Positions 46,103 to 57,446 of a stretch of 64,000 bases of DNA are shown one piece after another. Numbering within the stretch: position 1 is the first letter of the stretch; every line of letters begins with the position of its first letter. This stretch comes from Acidimicrobiia bacterium. GTDB taxonomy: Bacteria > Actinomycetota > Acidimicrobiia > Spongiisociales > ZC4RG35. The position numbers and the translations under genes are program-made. The notes under the pieces were generated by a model that worked only from the letters and a program-made list of their open reading frames with translations, had not been told where the DNA came from and ran no database searches. The DNA lies in NCBI GenBank assembly GCA_965203555.1, contig CBDBCY010000004.1, positions 576,001 through 640,000 on the forward strand, in the 5' to 3' direction.

Positions 46103-46950
46103 TCACCAGCGCGCGGCGGAGGCCATCTCCCGCACCGCCGTCGCCAGGCTCCGTGCGGCATCATCGGCGCCGGACGACTCCAGCACCCGTCGCACCAGAG
46201 CGGTTCCCACGATGAAGCCGTCGGCCAGCCGGGCGGCGATCGCCGCCTGGTCGGAATTGGAGATACCCACCCCCAGTACCACCGGAATGTCGGTGACTTC
46301 CCGGATACGGTCCACCATCTCCTCCACCCTGCCGCTCCACTCGCTTCTCTCGCCCGTCACCCCCAGGTTGGCGACCAGATAGATAAATGTCGGCGCCGCT
46401 TCGGCCACCGCCTTGATCCGGTCATAGGTGGAAGTGAGCGCCACGAACAACACCATGCCCAGACCGTGGCGCCGGGCTGCTTCACTGAGTGGCCCGGCCT
46501 CGTCGAAAGGCAGGTCGGGGACGATCATTCCGGCCGCTCCGGCCTCTGCCAAGCGATCGCAGAACCATTCGGTCCCCCGGCGGAACACCGGGTTGGCGTA
46601 GGTCATGGCCAGCGACGGGAGCCCGGTGGTCTCCTGGACCTCCCCCAGTATGGAAAGGCTTCTGTCCAAAGTGGCCCCCGCTTCGATCGCCTGCTCGCTG
46701 CCCCGGCATATAACCGGCCCGTCCATCAAAGGATCCGAATAAGGAATTCCCACTTCGAAGCCGTCGGCGCCCGCCTCCGCCATCGCCTCGAACAATTCGG
46801 GCGAGGAAACCGGATCCGGAAGGCCGGCCGTGAGGTATGGAAGGAATACCGACCGTTCCTCCCGGCGAGCGGTCACGAACAGGTCGCAGATCCGCTCGGC
46901 GCCCGACCGCATCCTCGCAGCTGCGGCGGAAGGCCGCCGACCCGGTCCCG

Positions 46951-46954
<4 letters not shown>
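46103..46954 (-). CDS. trpA: tryptophan synthase alpha chain
   Basis: [43 protein letters not shown]. Confidence 0.96.
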
Positions 46955-48116
<1,162 letters not shown>

Positions 48117-48120
<4 letters not shown>

Positions 48121-48722
48121 AAGTTCTTGGCCTCTTTCACAAAGGAACGGATCAGGGCGGGATCTTTGACTCCCAGGGTGGACTCTAGATGAGAGGAAGC
48201 GTCCACGCCCCATGGTTGCAGCTTTTTCACCGCCCCGGCCACATTATGTGGACCCAGTCCCCCCGCCAAAACCCATTCACGGTCGATCTTCGGCACTCTG
48301 TCATAGTCGAACGAGCGGCCGGTCCCTCCGTGACGGCGGGAGTCGGCGGTGTCGAGAATGGGGATCTGAGAAGACGGCACGCCGTCCAGGGACACCTGCC
48401 GTCTGCCCACCTTGATCGGTCTCAGGACCATCAGCCCGTGACGCGCCGCGGCTGCGGCCGCCTCCGTTCCATGTTTTCCGTGCGGCTGCACTCCCCCGGC
48501 CCCGACTCGTTCCGCCAGTTCGATCAGATCCTCGGCCGTTTGGTCCACGGTCACCAGGACGCCGGGTATCGGGGAGGACTCCGCCAGGAATTGTGCGTTG
48601 TCAACCGTGATACAGCGCGGTGTTCCCGCCGCCAGCACCATTCCGAAAGCATCGGCGCCCGCTTCCGAAGCCGCCTCAAGATCCGACAACTTGGACAGCC
48701 CGCACACCTTCACCCAGACCAT
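48117..48722 (-). CDS. trpF: phosphoribosylanthranilate isomerase
   Basis: [26 protein letters not shown]. Confidence 0.95.
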
Positions 48723-49483
48723 CAGGCGCGAACACCTCTCATGCGGGAAACCAGATCTGCGGGATCGGACGCTCGAACCAGCGCTTCTCCCACCAGGATG
48801 GCGTCGTAGCCCGCGTCGGCCATCTGCGCGGCCTGCGCCGGGGTGTGTATGCCGCTTTCTGCGATCCGAACCTCCGCCTCCGTCAGCAGGGGCGCCAACC
48901 GCACGGAGGTTTCCAGGTCGACGTTGAAGCTGCGAAGATCCCGGTTGTTGACTCCCACGATTCGGGCGCCGACCGCTTTCGCCCTGCGGGCCTCCTTGTC
49001 ATCGTGCACCTCGACTAGCGCCGCCAAACCGGCCCGGGCAGCCACCTCCAACAGCTGCGAGAGCCGGCGGTCATCCAGGATCGCCACGATCAGAAGCACC
49101 GCATCGGCCCCGATCCGCGCTGCTTCCCAAATCTGGTCGGGGTCCAGGGTGAAGTCCTTGCGCAGCACCGGTATGTCCACCGCTTCGGCGACCATGGTCA
49201 GATCCTGGTTGGACCCACCGAAGTGATACGGTTCGGTCAACACCGAGACCGCCGCCGCCCCGGCCTGCTGGTATATCCGGGCCTGCTGCACCGCATCCAA
49301 TCCGGAGGCCAGCACCCCCCGCGAGGGCGAACGCCTCTTGACCTCCCCTATCACGCCCAGTCCCGATCGGCCCACCGCCGTGCCGAACCCCCGGGCCGCC
49401 CGCGGAGTCTGCCGGTCCTTTCCCGCCCGTTCCTTGAGTTCTGCGATCCGCCGACGGGTCGAGGCGATTATCTCATCCAGCAT
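48722..49483 (-). CDS. trpC: indole-3-glycerol phosphate synthase
   Basis: IGEVKRRSPSRG, SVLTE, LRKDF, LVEVH, GVNNRDL, AESGI. Confidence 0.97.
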   Translation of the reverse strand: MLDEIIASTRRRIAELKERAGKDRQTPRAARGFGTAVGRSGLGVIGEVKRRSPSRGVLASGLDAVQQARIYQQAGAAAVSVLTEPYHFGGSNQDLTMVAEAVDIPVLRKDFTLDPDQIWEAARIGADAVLLIVAILDDRRLSQLLEVAARAGLAALVEVHDDKEARRAKAVGARIVGVNNRDLRSFNVDLETSVRLAPLLTEAEVRIAESGIHTPAQAAQMADAGYDAILVGEALVRASDPADLVSRMRGVRA

Positions 49484-49574
49484 CGTCCTGACGATTCTAC
49501 GCAAACCCGACCTGGACGTCGGCCCGCCGTAACCACCTGTCGCAGGAGCGGCCGAACCGGCCGGGAGGCGATGG

Positions 49575-50360
49575 TTAGAAGCCGAAGATCTCCCGGCAGG
49601 CCTGGGCCGCCCGGTCGCTGTCTCCGCCGTGGGGATCCAATTCGAAGGAAACCAACCCGTCATAGCCCTGTGACCGGAGGACCCGGCGCAGATACGGGTA
49701 ATTGATCTCGCCGGTCCCCGGCTGTCCTCTCCCGGGAACGTCGGCCACATCGAACCTGCACATCCAGGGCAGGGCCGCAAGCAGGTTGTCGGTGAGCCGG
49801 CCACCCGAGAGCTGTTGGTGGTAGCAGTCGAATGCCAGCCGGACCTGAGGATGGCTGACGGCCCGGCAGATCGCCAGGGTAATCCCCACCTCGTCCCAGA
49901 AGTAACCGGGTACGTACACGTTGTTGACGGCCTCCACCGCCAGGGTGATCCCGGTTCCCTCCACCAGCTTCACAGCTTCCCGTAACCCGTCCACACAAGA
50001 CTGATAGCGAGCCTCCCGAGTGAGCGGCGGAGGCTTGACGATCACCCCGCCCGGCCCGATCCCGTCGCTGAAGGTGTGCAATTGGGTAGCCCCCACCCGC
50101 TCGGCCACCTCCACCGAGGCGGCCAACTCCTCCAGTACCCGCCCGCGTTGGGAAGGGTCGGCCAGACCTCCCCGGCGATGCCCGAAGAACCCGCCCAGGG
50201 CAACACCCTCCAAGCGACAGGTCTCGCCCAACTCGTCGATGCCCACATCTCTGTAGTCCCACAAGTCCACCTGATCGAAGCCCCAAGATGCCGCTTTGCG
50301 GACCCGGTCGGGAAAGGAGAGCTCGGTCCACATGAATTGCAGACTGACCCCGTATCTCAT
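49575..50360 (-). CDS. hydroxypyruvate isomerase-like TIM-barrel protein
   Basis: AVEAVN, FDCYHQQ, ADVPGRGQPGTGEINY, GYDGLVSFE. Confidence 0.88.
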   Translation of the reverse strand: MRYGVSLQFMWTELSFPDRVRKAASWGFDQVDLWDYRDVGIDELGETCRLEGVALGGFFGHRRGGLADPSQRGRVLEELAASVEVAERVGATQLHTFSDGIGPGGVIVKPPPLTREARYQSCVDGLREAVKLVEGTGITLAVEAVNNVYVPGYFWDEVGITLAICRAVSHPQVRLAFDCYHQQLSGGRLTDNLLAALPWMCRFDVADVPGRGQPGTGEINYPYLRRVLRSQGYDGLVSFELDPHGGDSDRAAQACREIFGF

Positions 50361-51136
50361 CACACCCCTCCGACCGTGGCGCCCCCGTTGACGAACAGGG
50401 TCTGTCCGGTGATCATCCGCGCCTGCGGGGAAGCCAGGAACACCACCGCGTCGGCGATGTCGGGAGGAAAGATGGCCTCGGTGAGCATCTGACCTTCCGC
50501 CACCAGCCGCAGATACCTCTCGGGGATCTCGGCGGTGGTGATCTCGGTGGTGACCAGCCCCGGCCCCACCGCGTTGACCGCGATGTCGAACGGACCCATC
50601 TCCCGGGCCAGGCTGCGGGTCATGACCGACACCGCCCCCTTGGAAGCCACGTAGTGCATCAGATTCGACATCCCGAAGGTAATCACGTTCGAGGAGAGGT
50701 TGACCACCCGCCCCCCTCCGGTCGCCTTCATCGGTTCCAGGACCTCCCGGCAGAGCAGGAAGATGGAATCCACGTTCACCTCCATCACCCGGCGCCACTC
50801 GGCCAACTCGATCTCCCAAAAGGGCCTGCGCGGTATCCCGGCGAACAAACCGGCGTTGTTGATCAGGATGTCCAACCGACCATTGCGGTCCACAACCTGC
50901 GCGACCGCCGCCTTCACCCCTTCCTCATCAGTTACGTCCACCAACTGGAACTCAGCCCGACCATTCGCGGCCGCAATGGCATCCACCGTCTCCGCAGCCG
51001 GGGCCAGATCGAAGATCTCCACTGTGGCGCCCCGAGACGCCAGAGCCTCGGATATCTGACGTCCGATGGCTCGGGCGCCCCCAGTGACGATCGCCACTTG
51101 CCCCGTCAGACTCTCCTGGTTTTTTCCTGTTTGCAT
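50360..51136 (-). CDS. SDR-family NAD(P)-dependent oxidoreductase
   Basis: TGGARAIG, NNAG, YVASKG, VNAVGPG, ITGQTLFVNGG. Confidence 0.95.
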   Translation of the reverse strand: MQTGKNQESLTGQVAIVTGGARAIGRQISEALASRGATVEIFDLAPAAETVDAIAAANGRAEFQLVDVTDEEGVKAAVAQVVDRNGRLDILINNAGLFAGIPRRPFWEIELAEWRRVMEVNVDSIFLLCREVLEPMKATGGGRVVNLSSNVITFGMSNLMHYVASKGAVSVMTRSLAREMGPFDIAVNAVGPGLVTTEITTAEIPERYLRLVAEGQMLTEAIFPPDIADAVVFLASPQARMITGQTLFVNGGATVGGV

Positions 51137-51153
51137 TCCTTTCTCCTTCCCAA

Positions 51154-51387
51154 CTATTCCACAATCGCCAGTGCCGTACCGACATCCACCGTCTCGTCCA
51201 CTTCGACCAGAATCTTGGTCACGGTTCCAGCCACCGGCGATTCCAGGTCCACCTCCACTTTCTCGGTTTCCACCACCCCGATGACATCCCCCACCTCTAT
51301 GCGGTCCCCTACCTCGATCTCCCAGGCAACGATGGTGCCCTCCTCCATGGTCAGGCCCCACTTGGGCATCAGTATGTTCTCAGCCAT
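51154..51387 (-). CDS. stand-alone lipoyl-carrier domain protein
   Basis: MPKWGLTMEEGTI...VETEKVEVDLESPVAG; 77 aa then stop. Confidence 0.9.
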   Translation of the reverse strand: MAENILMPKWGLTMEEGTIVAWEIEVGDRIEVGDVIGVVETEKVEVDLESPVAGTVTKILVEVDETVDVGTALAIVE

Positions 51388-51447
51388 TGGTTATCTGCCT
51401 TTCCGGCATTGTGCAGTCCCTTACGGTCGGACAGGCGGAGGCCGGTC

Positions 51448-52428
51448 CTACTGCCTCTTGACGGTAGCCCGGATACCGTCTGCGATCCGGGCGGCGTCCG
51501 GTATGACAAATCCCTCCAACTCCGGAGCGTAGGGCATAGGGGTGTTCGTACCGCACACCCGGCCCACCGGCGCCTTCAGCAAATCCCACATCTCCCCCGC
51601 CGCGATGGCGGCTATCTCGGCGCCCACGCCTCCCCGACCCGGGGCTTCATGAGCCACCAGCAGTCTCCCGGTCTTGCGAAGGGAAGTGGCCAGCAATCGG
51701 CGATCGAAGGGGACAAGGGAGCGGGGATCCAGTACCTCCACCGAAATCCCCTCCCCTTCCAGGGTCTCCGCGGCTTCCAGGGCGGCATGGAGAGTGTGGA
51801 GATAGGAGACCACCGTCACGTCATCTCCCTCCCGAGCCGTTCGCCCAACTCCCAACGGCAGGGGACCCACTTCATCGGGGACCGGATCGGACCGGCCGTA
51901 CAGCAACTTGTGTTCGAACACCATCACCGGGTCGGGATCGCGGATGGCGGCCTTCACCAAACCCTTGGCGTCGGCGGCGGTGGACGGCGCCACCACCTTC
52001 AAGCCGGGAGTGTGAACGAACCACGCCTCCAGGCTCTGGGAGTGCTGTCCGGCGGTGGCGCCCGCCGTCCCGGTCACCATCCGCACGGTCACCGGAACCC
52101 CGATCCGCCCTCCGGTCATGTAAGAAGTCTTGGCGGCCTGGTTGACCAGCATGTCCATGGCCAGGGTCACGAAGTCCCCGAACATCACCTCCACCACCGG
52201 ACGGGCCCCCACCAGCGCCGCCCCCACTGCCGCCCCGACTATGGCTTCCTCGGAGATGGGAGTGTCGAACACCCGGTCGGGACCGAATCTGCCATAAAGA
52301 CCCCTGGTGACCCCGAACACCCCGCCGGCCTCCCCGATGTCCTCCCCGATGAGAAACACCTCGGGGTCTCTCTCCATCTCTTCCGCCAGCGCCTCGCTGA
52401 TCGCCGCCCCGTACCGCAGTTTCCTCAT
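51448..52428 (-). CDS. 2-oxoacid/acetoin dehydrogenase E1 beta subunit
   Basis: GEDIG, DTPISE, NQAAK, QHSQSLEAW, PGLKVV, FEHK. Confidence 0.93.
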   Translation of the reverse strand: MRKLRYGAAISEALAEEMERDPEVFLIGEDIGEAGGVFGVTRGLYGRFGPDRVFDTPISEEAIVGAAVGAALVGARPVVEVMFGDFVTLAMDMLVNQAAKTSYMTGGRIGVPVTVRMVTGTAGATAGQHSQSLEAWFVHTPGLKVVAPSTAADAKGLVKAAIRDPDPVMVFEHKLLYGRSDPVPDEVGPLPLGVGRTAREGDDVTVVSYLHTLHAALEAAETLEGEGISVEVLDPRSLVPFDRRLLATSLRKTGRLLVAHEAPGRGGVGAEIAAIAAGEMWDLLKAPVGRVCGTNTPMPYAPELEGFVIPDAARIADGIRATVKRQ

Positions 52429-53426
52429 CGCAGCGCCATTCCCTGGTGGGTTTCCACGTACACGTCCTCCAACGCTTCGTCCGGTCGGGGATGGGGACTC
52501 TGCTCGGCAAACCGGGCCGCCTCGTCCAGCCGGGCCTCGACCGCCCGACGCACTCTCTCCAGTTCGGAGTCGTCGATCCCCGCGTCCCGCAAATGCTCCT
52601 CGAACACCCGCAACGGATCGCGGGCCATCCACTCCTCCAATTCGCCGCGTGGCCGGTAGCGGGCCATGTCCCCTTCGTAGTGACCCCTGTGACGGTAGGT
52701 CCGGGCCTCGATCAGGGTGGGACCATTTCCCTCCCGGGCCCGGCTGACTGCCGCTCGAGCCGCCTCGCGCATCTCCAGGACGTAGTTTCCCTCCACAACC
52801 ACCCCCTCCATGGCGTAGGAATCGGCCCGCCGGGCGATCTCGGTAATGGGCTGGTGCTTGTGCTGGGGAGTGAACTCGCCGTAGAAGTTGTTCTCGCACA
52901 CGTACACGACCGGCAGGGACCACAATGAAGCAAGATTCAACGACTCGTGGAAGCTGCCCTCGTTGGTGGCCCCGTCCCCGAAGAAGGAAACCGCCACCCT
53001 GCCCCTGCCTTCTCGTTTCTTCTGAAGGCCGGCGCCGGTGGCCAGCGGGATTCCTCCTCCCACTATGCCGTTGGCGCCCAGGAACCCCAGTTCCACGTCG
53101 ATCATGTGAAGCGACCCTCCCTTGGCCCGGTTGTAACCGTCCCGGCGGGCATACAACTCCGCGTACATTCGGGCAGGGTCGGCGCCGCGGGCCAGCATGT
53201 GACCGTGACCGCGATGGGTGCTGGTGATCACGTCCCCCTCCTCCAGGGCGGCGCACACTCCCACCGCCACCGCCTCCTGGCCCACGTAGGGATGCAGGAA
53301 CCCGGGGATGAATCCCTGCTGGCGGAGATGAGCGGCCCGTTCCTCGAAACGGCGAATCAGATACATGTCCCGGTACAGGTCGATCTTTTGCTCAACACTC
53401 GGTTCCTGACCGGTCATCCCGTCCAT
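52425..53426 (-). CDS. 2-oxoacid/acetoin dehydrogenase E1 alpha subunit (ThDP-dependent)
   Basis: GQEAV, STHRGHGH, GGSLH, GDGATNEG, ENN, TYRHRGHYEGD. Confidence 0.93.
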   Translation of the reverse strand: MDGMTGQEPSVEQKIDLYRDMYLIRRFEERAAHLRQQGFIPGFLHPYVGQEAVAVGVCAALEEGDVITSTHRGHGHMLARGADPARMYAELYARRDGYNRAKGGSLHMIDVELGFLGANGIVGGGIPLATGAGLQKKREGRGRVAVSFFGDGATNEGSFHESLNLASLWSLPVVYVCENNFYGEFTPQHKHQPITEIARRADSYAMEGVVVEGNYVLEMREAARAAVSRAREGNGPTLIEARTYRHRGHYEGDMARYRPRGELEEWMARDPLRVFEEHLRDAGIDDSELERVRRAVEARLDEAARFAEQSPHPRPDEALEDVYVETHQGMALR

Positions 53427-53499
53427 GGTAGAAGCACCGGCACAGTGCGTGGCCGAGGAAAAACTCTCCCCTATCAGCCGACCATCCGGCGCCGGCCTC

Positions 53500-53883
53500 C
53501 TAACGCGGCAGGACGGTAATGGAACATCTCACTCCGGGGGCCCGGGCCAGACGGACGTCGGTGATCAACAGAGGGCAATCGAGGGCTTCCGCCAAGGCTA
53601 CGTAGGTTGCGTCGTATGCAGTCAGGTTGGCCCGCAACTCCCAGATGCGATCGAGGAGACCCACCGCGCCGTAGCGTCGCAGCCCCATTCCAACCCAACG
53701 CTCCAAGGCCGGATCGGCCTGTGAAAGGCCGATGGCGCCTCGTCTCACCAAGCGACGCAAAGCGTGACAGAGCTCCGAATCCACCAAGTGAGGCACGGCC
53801 ATGCGTTGACGAGCCGGCCTACTCCTGATCGGTGGGGACAAAAGCAGGACATGCAGCACCACCGAGGCGTCGACCACGATCAG
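53500..53883 (-). CDS. vapC: VapC PIN-domain toxin
   Basis: IVVDASV, PHLVDSE, NLTAYDATYVALAEAL, LITD; start at CTG 53883 or GTG 53877. Confidence 0.88.
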   Translation of the reverse strand: MIVVDASVVLHVLLLSPPIRSRPARQRMAVPHLVDSELCHALRRLVRRGAIGLSQADPALERWVGMGLRRYGAVGLLDRIWELRANLTAYDATYVALAEALDCPLLITDVRLARAPGVRCSITVLPR

Positions 53884-54101
53884 CGACCGGCGCGTCCTTC
53901 GTCCAAAGCCGCCAGTATCTGTGCTGTGGGGACATCCAGATCGGGAAGACCATCCAGCAACGCCGGATGGTCGGCCCGGCGTGAAGCGATCGCGAGCTCC
54001 CTCACCGCCGAGGCCGAAACCGAGATACCTTCCCAATCGGCCAGGACCTTCAGCCGGCGCGCCACCTCATCGGGAACGTTCCTTGGATACAACGTCTTCA
54101 T
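53880..54101 (-). CDS. vapB: VapB/FitA-like RHH antitoxin
   Basis: MKTLYPRNVPDEVARRLKVLA...GISVSA; overlaps vapC. Confidence 0.85.
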   Translation of the reverse strand: MKTLYPRNVPDEVARRLKVLADWEGISVSASAVRELAIASRRADHPALLDGLPDLDVPTAQILAALDEGRAGR

Positions 54102-54166
54102 GATTCGCACAACTAGAAACACACATGCGAAAGCGACTTCGGATACTCCTCCACCGGTGGGGACTG

Positions 54167-55129
54167 TCAGACTCGGGGCGGGGGATCGCCCACCATCGGA
54201 AGAGCGCGCACCAGAGCCGGCGCCTCCCCTCCCTCCCAGCGGACGGTCACCCGGTCGCCGGGGTCGGTTCCCCGTCTGATGAGCGACAGGCCCACCGGCG
54301 CCCGTACCTCCAAGGATTCGGCGACCGACGTGATCCTTCCCACCGTCTTCCCCCCCCTTCGAATCTCCGAACCCTCGGGAGGAAGAAGGTTGGTTCTCAC
54401 CTCCAGACCCCGGAGGGTGCGGTTCACCCGGCCGCGGCTGTCGATGCGGGCGGCCAACTCCTGGCCCAAAAAGCAACCCTTGTCGAACGAGATGGCGGCC
54501 TCGGCCAGTTGACCGGTTTCCTGGGGGATGGTCCGCCGATCCAGATCCCTGCCCGGCGAGGGCTCGCCGCACTCCACCCGGACCGCCCGCCAGGCCAGCT
54601 CTCCCACCGGCCGTGCACCGGCGGGAGCATCACCGGTGAAGAAGACTCGGGGAAGACCCGCCAACCCTGCCGCGGCGCGGAAAGTCTCTCCGTCCCTCTC
54701 CCAACTCCCTTCTCCCGCCGCATCCCACCAGGCACAGCCGGGGCCGACCAGGGCGGAGACCCCCCGGGAGTCGACCCGGATCCCGGCCTTGACGCGAATC
54801 CGGTAGTAGTCGAGCGTCTCGGCCAATTCCTCTCCCTCCCCCTTCTCGCAGATCAAACCCAGCCCCCGGTCGTCTTTCAGCACCCAGAGCACGAAACGCA
54901 CCATTCCTCGAGGGGTCAGGAAAAATGACCGGCACACTCTCCCCACCGGCAGTGACTCCACGTCGGCGCTGACCAATCCCTGCATGAAGGAGACCGCGTC
55001 GGGGCCTTCCGCCCAAACCACCTCCCAACGGTCGGGAACCCGACCGCACCCCCGCCGCAGGGCCAGGTATTCGCCGGTCACATTGCCGAAGCTGTCCGGA
55101 GGCGCATCGGATCCCACCGCAAAATCCAA
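54167..55129 (-). CDS. ygfZ: YgfZ/GcvT-family folate-binding protein
   Basis: GPDAVSFMQG, IPQE, ISFDKGCFLGQELAARIDSRG. Confidence 0.9.
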   Translation of the reverse strand: MDFAVGSDAPPDSFGNVTGEYLALRRGCGRVPDRWEVVWAEGPDAVSFMQGLVSADVESLPVGRVCRSFFLTPRGMVRFVLWVLKDDRGLGLICEKGEGEELAETLDYYRIRVKAGIRVDSRGVSALVGPGCAWWDAAGEGSWERDGETFRAAAGLAGLPRVFFTGDAPAGARPVGELAWRAVRVECGEPSPGRDLDRRTIPQETGQLAEAAISFDKGCFLGQELAARIDSRGRVNRTLRGLEVRTNLLPPEGSEIRRGGKTVGRITSVAESLEVRAPVGLSLIRRGTDPGDRVTVRWEGGEAPALVRALPMVGDPPPRV

Positions 55130-55144
55130 ACCGGGCCTGTGCCG

Positions 55145-56623
55145 TCAGCCCTGAGAGGCCATGGCTATGGCAACCAGCGGCGCCGCCGCCTTGTTCATGG
55201 TCTCCTCGTACTCGAAGCCGGGCCGGCTGTCGGCCACCACTCCACCACCGGCCTGGACCCAGGCCGTACCGTCGGCCACGATCACGGTTCGCAGGCAGAT
55301 GGCGGTGTCCATGGCGCCGGAGAAGTCGATGTATCCCACCGCCCCCGCGTAGGGACCTCGGGCCACCGGTTCCAGTTCGTCGATGATCTCCATCGCCCGC
55401 ACCTTGGGAGCGCCCGACACCGTCCCGTGCGGGAAGGTGGCTCGCAGCACGTCCACCGGACCCACCTCGGGTCGCAGCGTCCCCGAAACGGCCGAGACGA
55501 TGTGCATCACATGGCTGTAGCGCTCGATCACCATCAGATCGTCCACCTGCACCGTCCCGAATTCGCACACCCTCCCCACATCGTTTCGAGCCAGGTCGAT
55601 CAGCATGACATGCTCCGCCCGCTCCTTGGGATCGGCCAGCAACTCTTCCGCAAGGGCGGCATCCTCATCGGGAGTGGCGCCCCGGGGGCGGGTGCCGGCG
55701 ATTGGCCTCGAGTACACCTTGCCGTCCCGCACCCGGGTCATCAACTCCGGAGACGACCCCACCACCTCCACCTCCGCGGAGCGTACGTAGAACAGGTAGG
55801 GCGAGGGATTGATGAGCCGAAGCGCCCGATAGATATCGAAGCTGTCTCCGCAGAAGGGCACGGTCAGCCGCTGGCTGGGAAGCACCTGGAAGACATCGCC
55901 GGCCCACACATAGTCGCGGGCCTTCAGCACGGCCGCTTCGTATTCGGGACGGGTGAAAGTGGAGACGAACGGGGGCGAGGGAGGCAAGTCGGGCGCCGCG
56001 GGTTGGAGTTCGTATGCCAGCGGCGCAGCCAGGCGCTCCATGTCGTCGGACAGCCGGGCCACCGCCTCTCGATAGTCAGACTCGGGATCCCGGCCCACAT
56101 AGATATTTCTCATCAGAGTGATGGTCTGGGTGAAACGGTCGATAGCCGCCAGTCCGCCCAAAAAATGCCACAACATCTCCGGGAGATCCCGGTCGTCGGG
56201 GGGCCGGGAGGGCAGGTGCTCCACATAACGGACGCAGTCGTATCCCAGATACCCCACCATTCCCGAGTGGAGCGGCGGGAAGCCGGGCATCTGGGGAATC
56301 GAGAACTGACGGTGCAGTTCTTCCACCACCTCCAACGGATTGCCCGCCGGAAGTTCCAGGTCGGCGCCGGTTACCTCGCACCTGCCGTTTCGAGAGGTGA
56401 GGATGAAAGCGGGATCCCATCCCACGAACGACCAGCGCGCCCATCGCTCTCCGCCTTCGACCGACTCCAGAAGAAACCCGGGCTCGTTTCCGGCCAACTT
56501 CTGGAAGACCGTGAGAGGAGTCTCCCGGTCTCCCACCAGATTCACCGCCACCGGAACCACCCGGCACCGGGCGGCTATCTCCAGGTATTGATCCAGGCCG
56601 GGCGTGACTTCAAGGTCGTTCAT
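55145..56623 (-). CDS. trpE: anthranilate synthase component I
   Basis: FLLESVEGG, GDVFQV, NPSPY, SSPE, PIAGT, KERAEHVMLIDLARND, GAPKVRAMEII, QAGGGVVADS. Confidence 0.96.
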   Translation of the reverse strand: MNDLEVTPGLDQYLEIAARCRVVPVAVNLVGDRETPLTVFQKLAGNEPGFLLESVEGGERWARWSFVGWDPAFILTSRNGRCEVTGADLELPAGNPLEVVEELHRQFSIPQMPGFPPLHSGMVGYLGYDCVRYVEHLPSRPPDDRDLPEMLWHFLGGLAAIDRFTQTITLMRNIYVGRDPESDYREAVARLSDDMERLAAPLAYELQPAAPDLPPSPPFVSTFTRPEYEAAVLKARDYVWAGDVFQVLPSQRLTVPFCGDSFDIYRALRLINPSPYLFYVRSAEVEVVGSSPELMTRVRDGKVYSRPIAGTRPRGATPDEDAALAEELLADPKERAEHVMLIDLARNDVGRVCEFGTVQVDDLMVIERYSHVMHIVSAVSGTLRPEVGPVDVLRATFPHGTVSGAPKVRAMEIIDELEPVARGPYAGAVGYIDFSGAMDTAICLRTVIVADGTAWVQAGGGVVADSRPGFEYEETMNKAAAPLVAIAMASQG

Positions 56624-56672
56624 GGCGAGTGGGGCGGATGGTGGGGTATGGGACTCAGAATCTTGGCGTTGA

Positions 56673-57446
56673 TCAGATTTCTGTCAGGTTACTGAGCAGG
56701 GGGATCGCCGCGAACAAGTTGGAGATCACCCTCGACAGCCAACTGAGCCCGTTGAACATCATCAAAACACCGAAGGCGGTCATCAAGACGCCCGCCACGA
56801 TGATGAGGGGACGGCTGATCTTTCTCACCACCGCCAGGGCGCTGAACGCCTTGGAAAGTCCGATCCCCGACAGGACGAACGGCACACCGATGCCCAGCGA
56901 GAAGACAAACAACAAAAACATCCCCGCCAGGACGGTGTCCTGGGAGGCGGCGATGGCCAGCACCCCGCCCAGGATCGTGCCGATGCAGGGAGACCATCCG
57001 AAACCGAACGCCGCTCCCAGCACCACCGGAGACAGGAACCCGAAACGGGAGGTGGCCACATGAAAGCGGCGCTCCCGGGCAAAGAAAGCGAAAATACCCC
57101 GGGTGGAGAAGGACATTCCCACCATCACCACTCCGAATATGGCTATCACCGCCCCGGCGATCCTGGTCACCACCAGTTGATTCTGGAGCAGGAACTGGGA
57201 GATGGAGGTGGCCCCGGCGCCCTGCGCCACGAAGATGATGGTGAATCCCGCCACGAACAGCAAGGTGGCTCGCAGCATCTTGGAGGTGGAGGCCGCTCCG
57301 GTCTGCAGATCGGCCACCGAATACCCCGACACCATGGCCAGGTATCCGGGCAGAAGCGGCAACACGCAGGGAGATATGAAGGCCAGGAGTCCCCCTCCGA
57401 ACGCCACCGCCAACTGCAGTGCCAGAGCCATGTCCAAGAAATTCAT
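56673..57446 (-). CDS. ccdA: cytochrome c biogenesis protein CcdA
   Basis: FISPCVLPLLPGYL, FGFGWSPCIG, FSLGIGVPF. Confidence 0.93.
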   Translation of the reverse strand: MNFLDMALALQLAVAFGGGLLAFISPCVLPLLPGYLAMVSGYSVADLQTGAASTSKMLRATLLFVAGFTIIFVAQGAGATSISQFLLQNQLVVTRIAGAVIAIFGVVMVGMSFSTRGIFAFFARERRFHVATSRFGFLSPVVLGAAFGFGWSPCIGTILGGVLAIAASQDTVLAGMFLLFVFSLGIGVPFVLSGIGLSKAFSALAVVRKISRPLIIVAGVLMTAFGVLMMFNGLSWLSRVISNLFAAIPLLSNLTEI

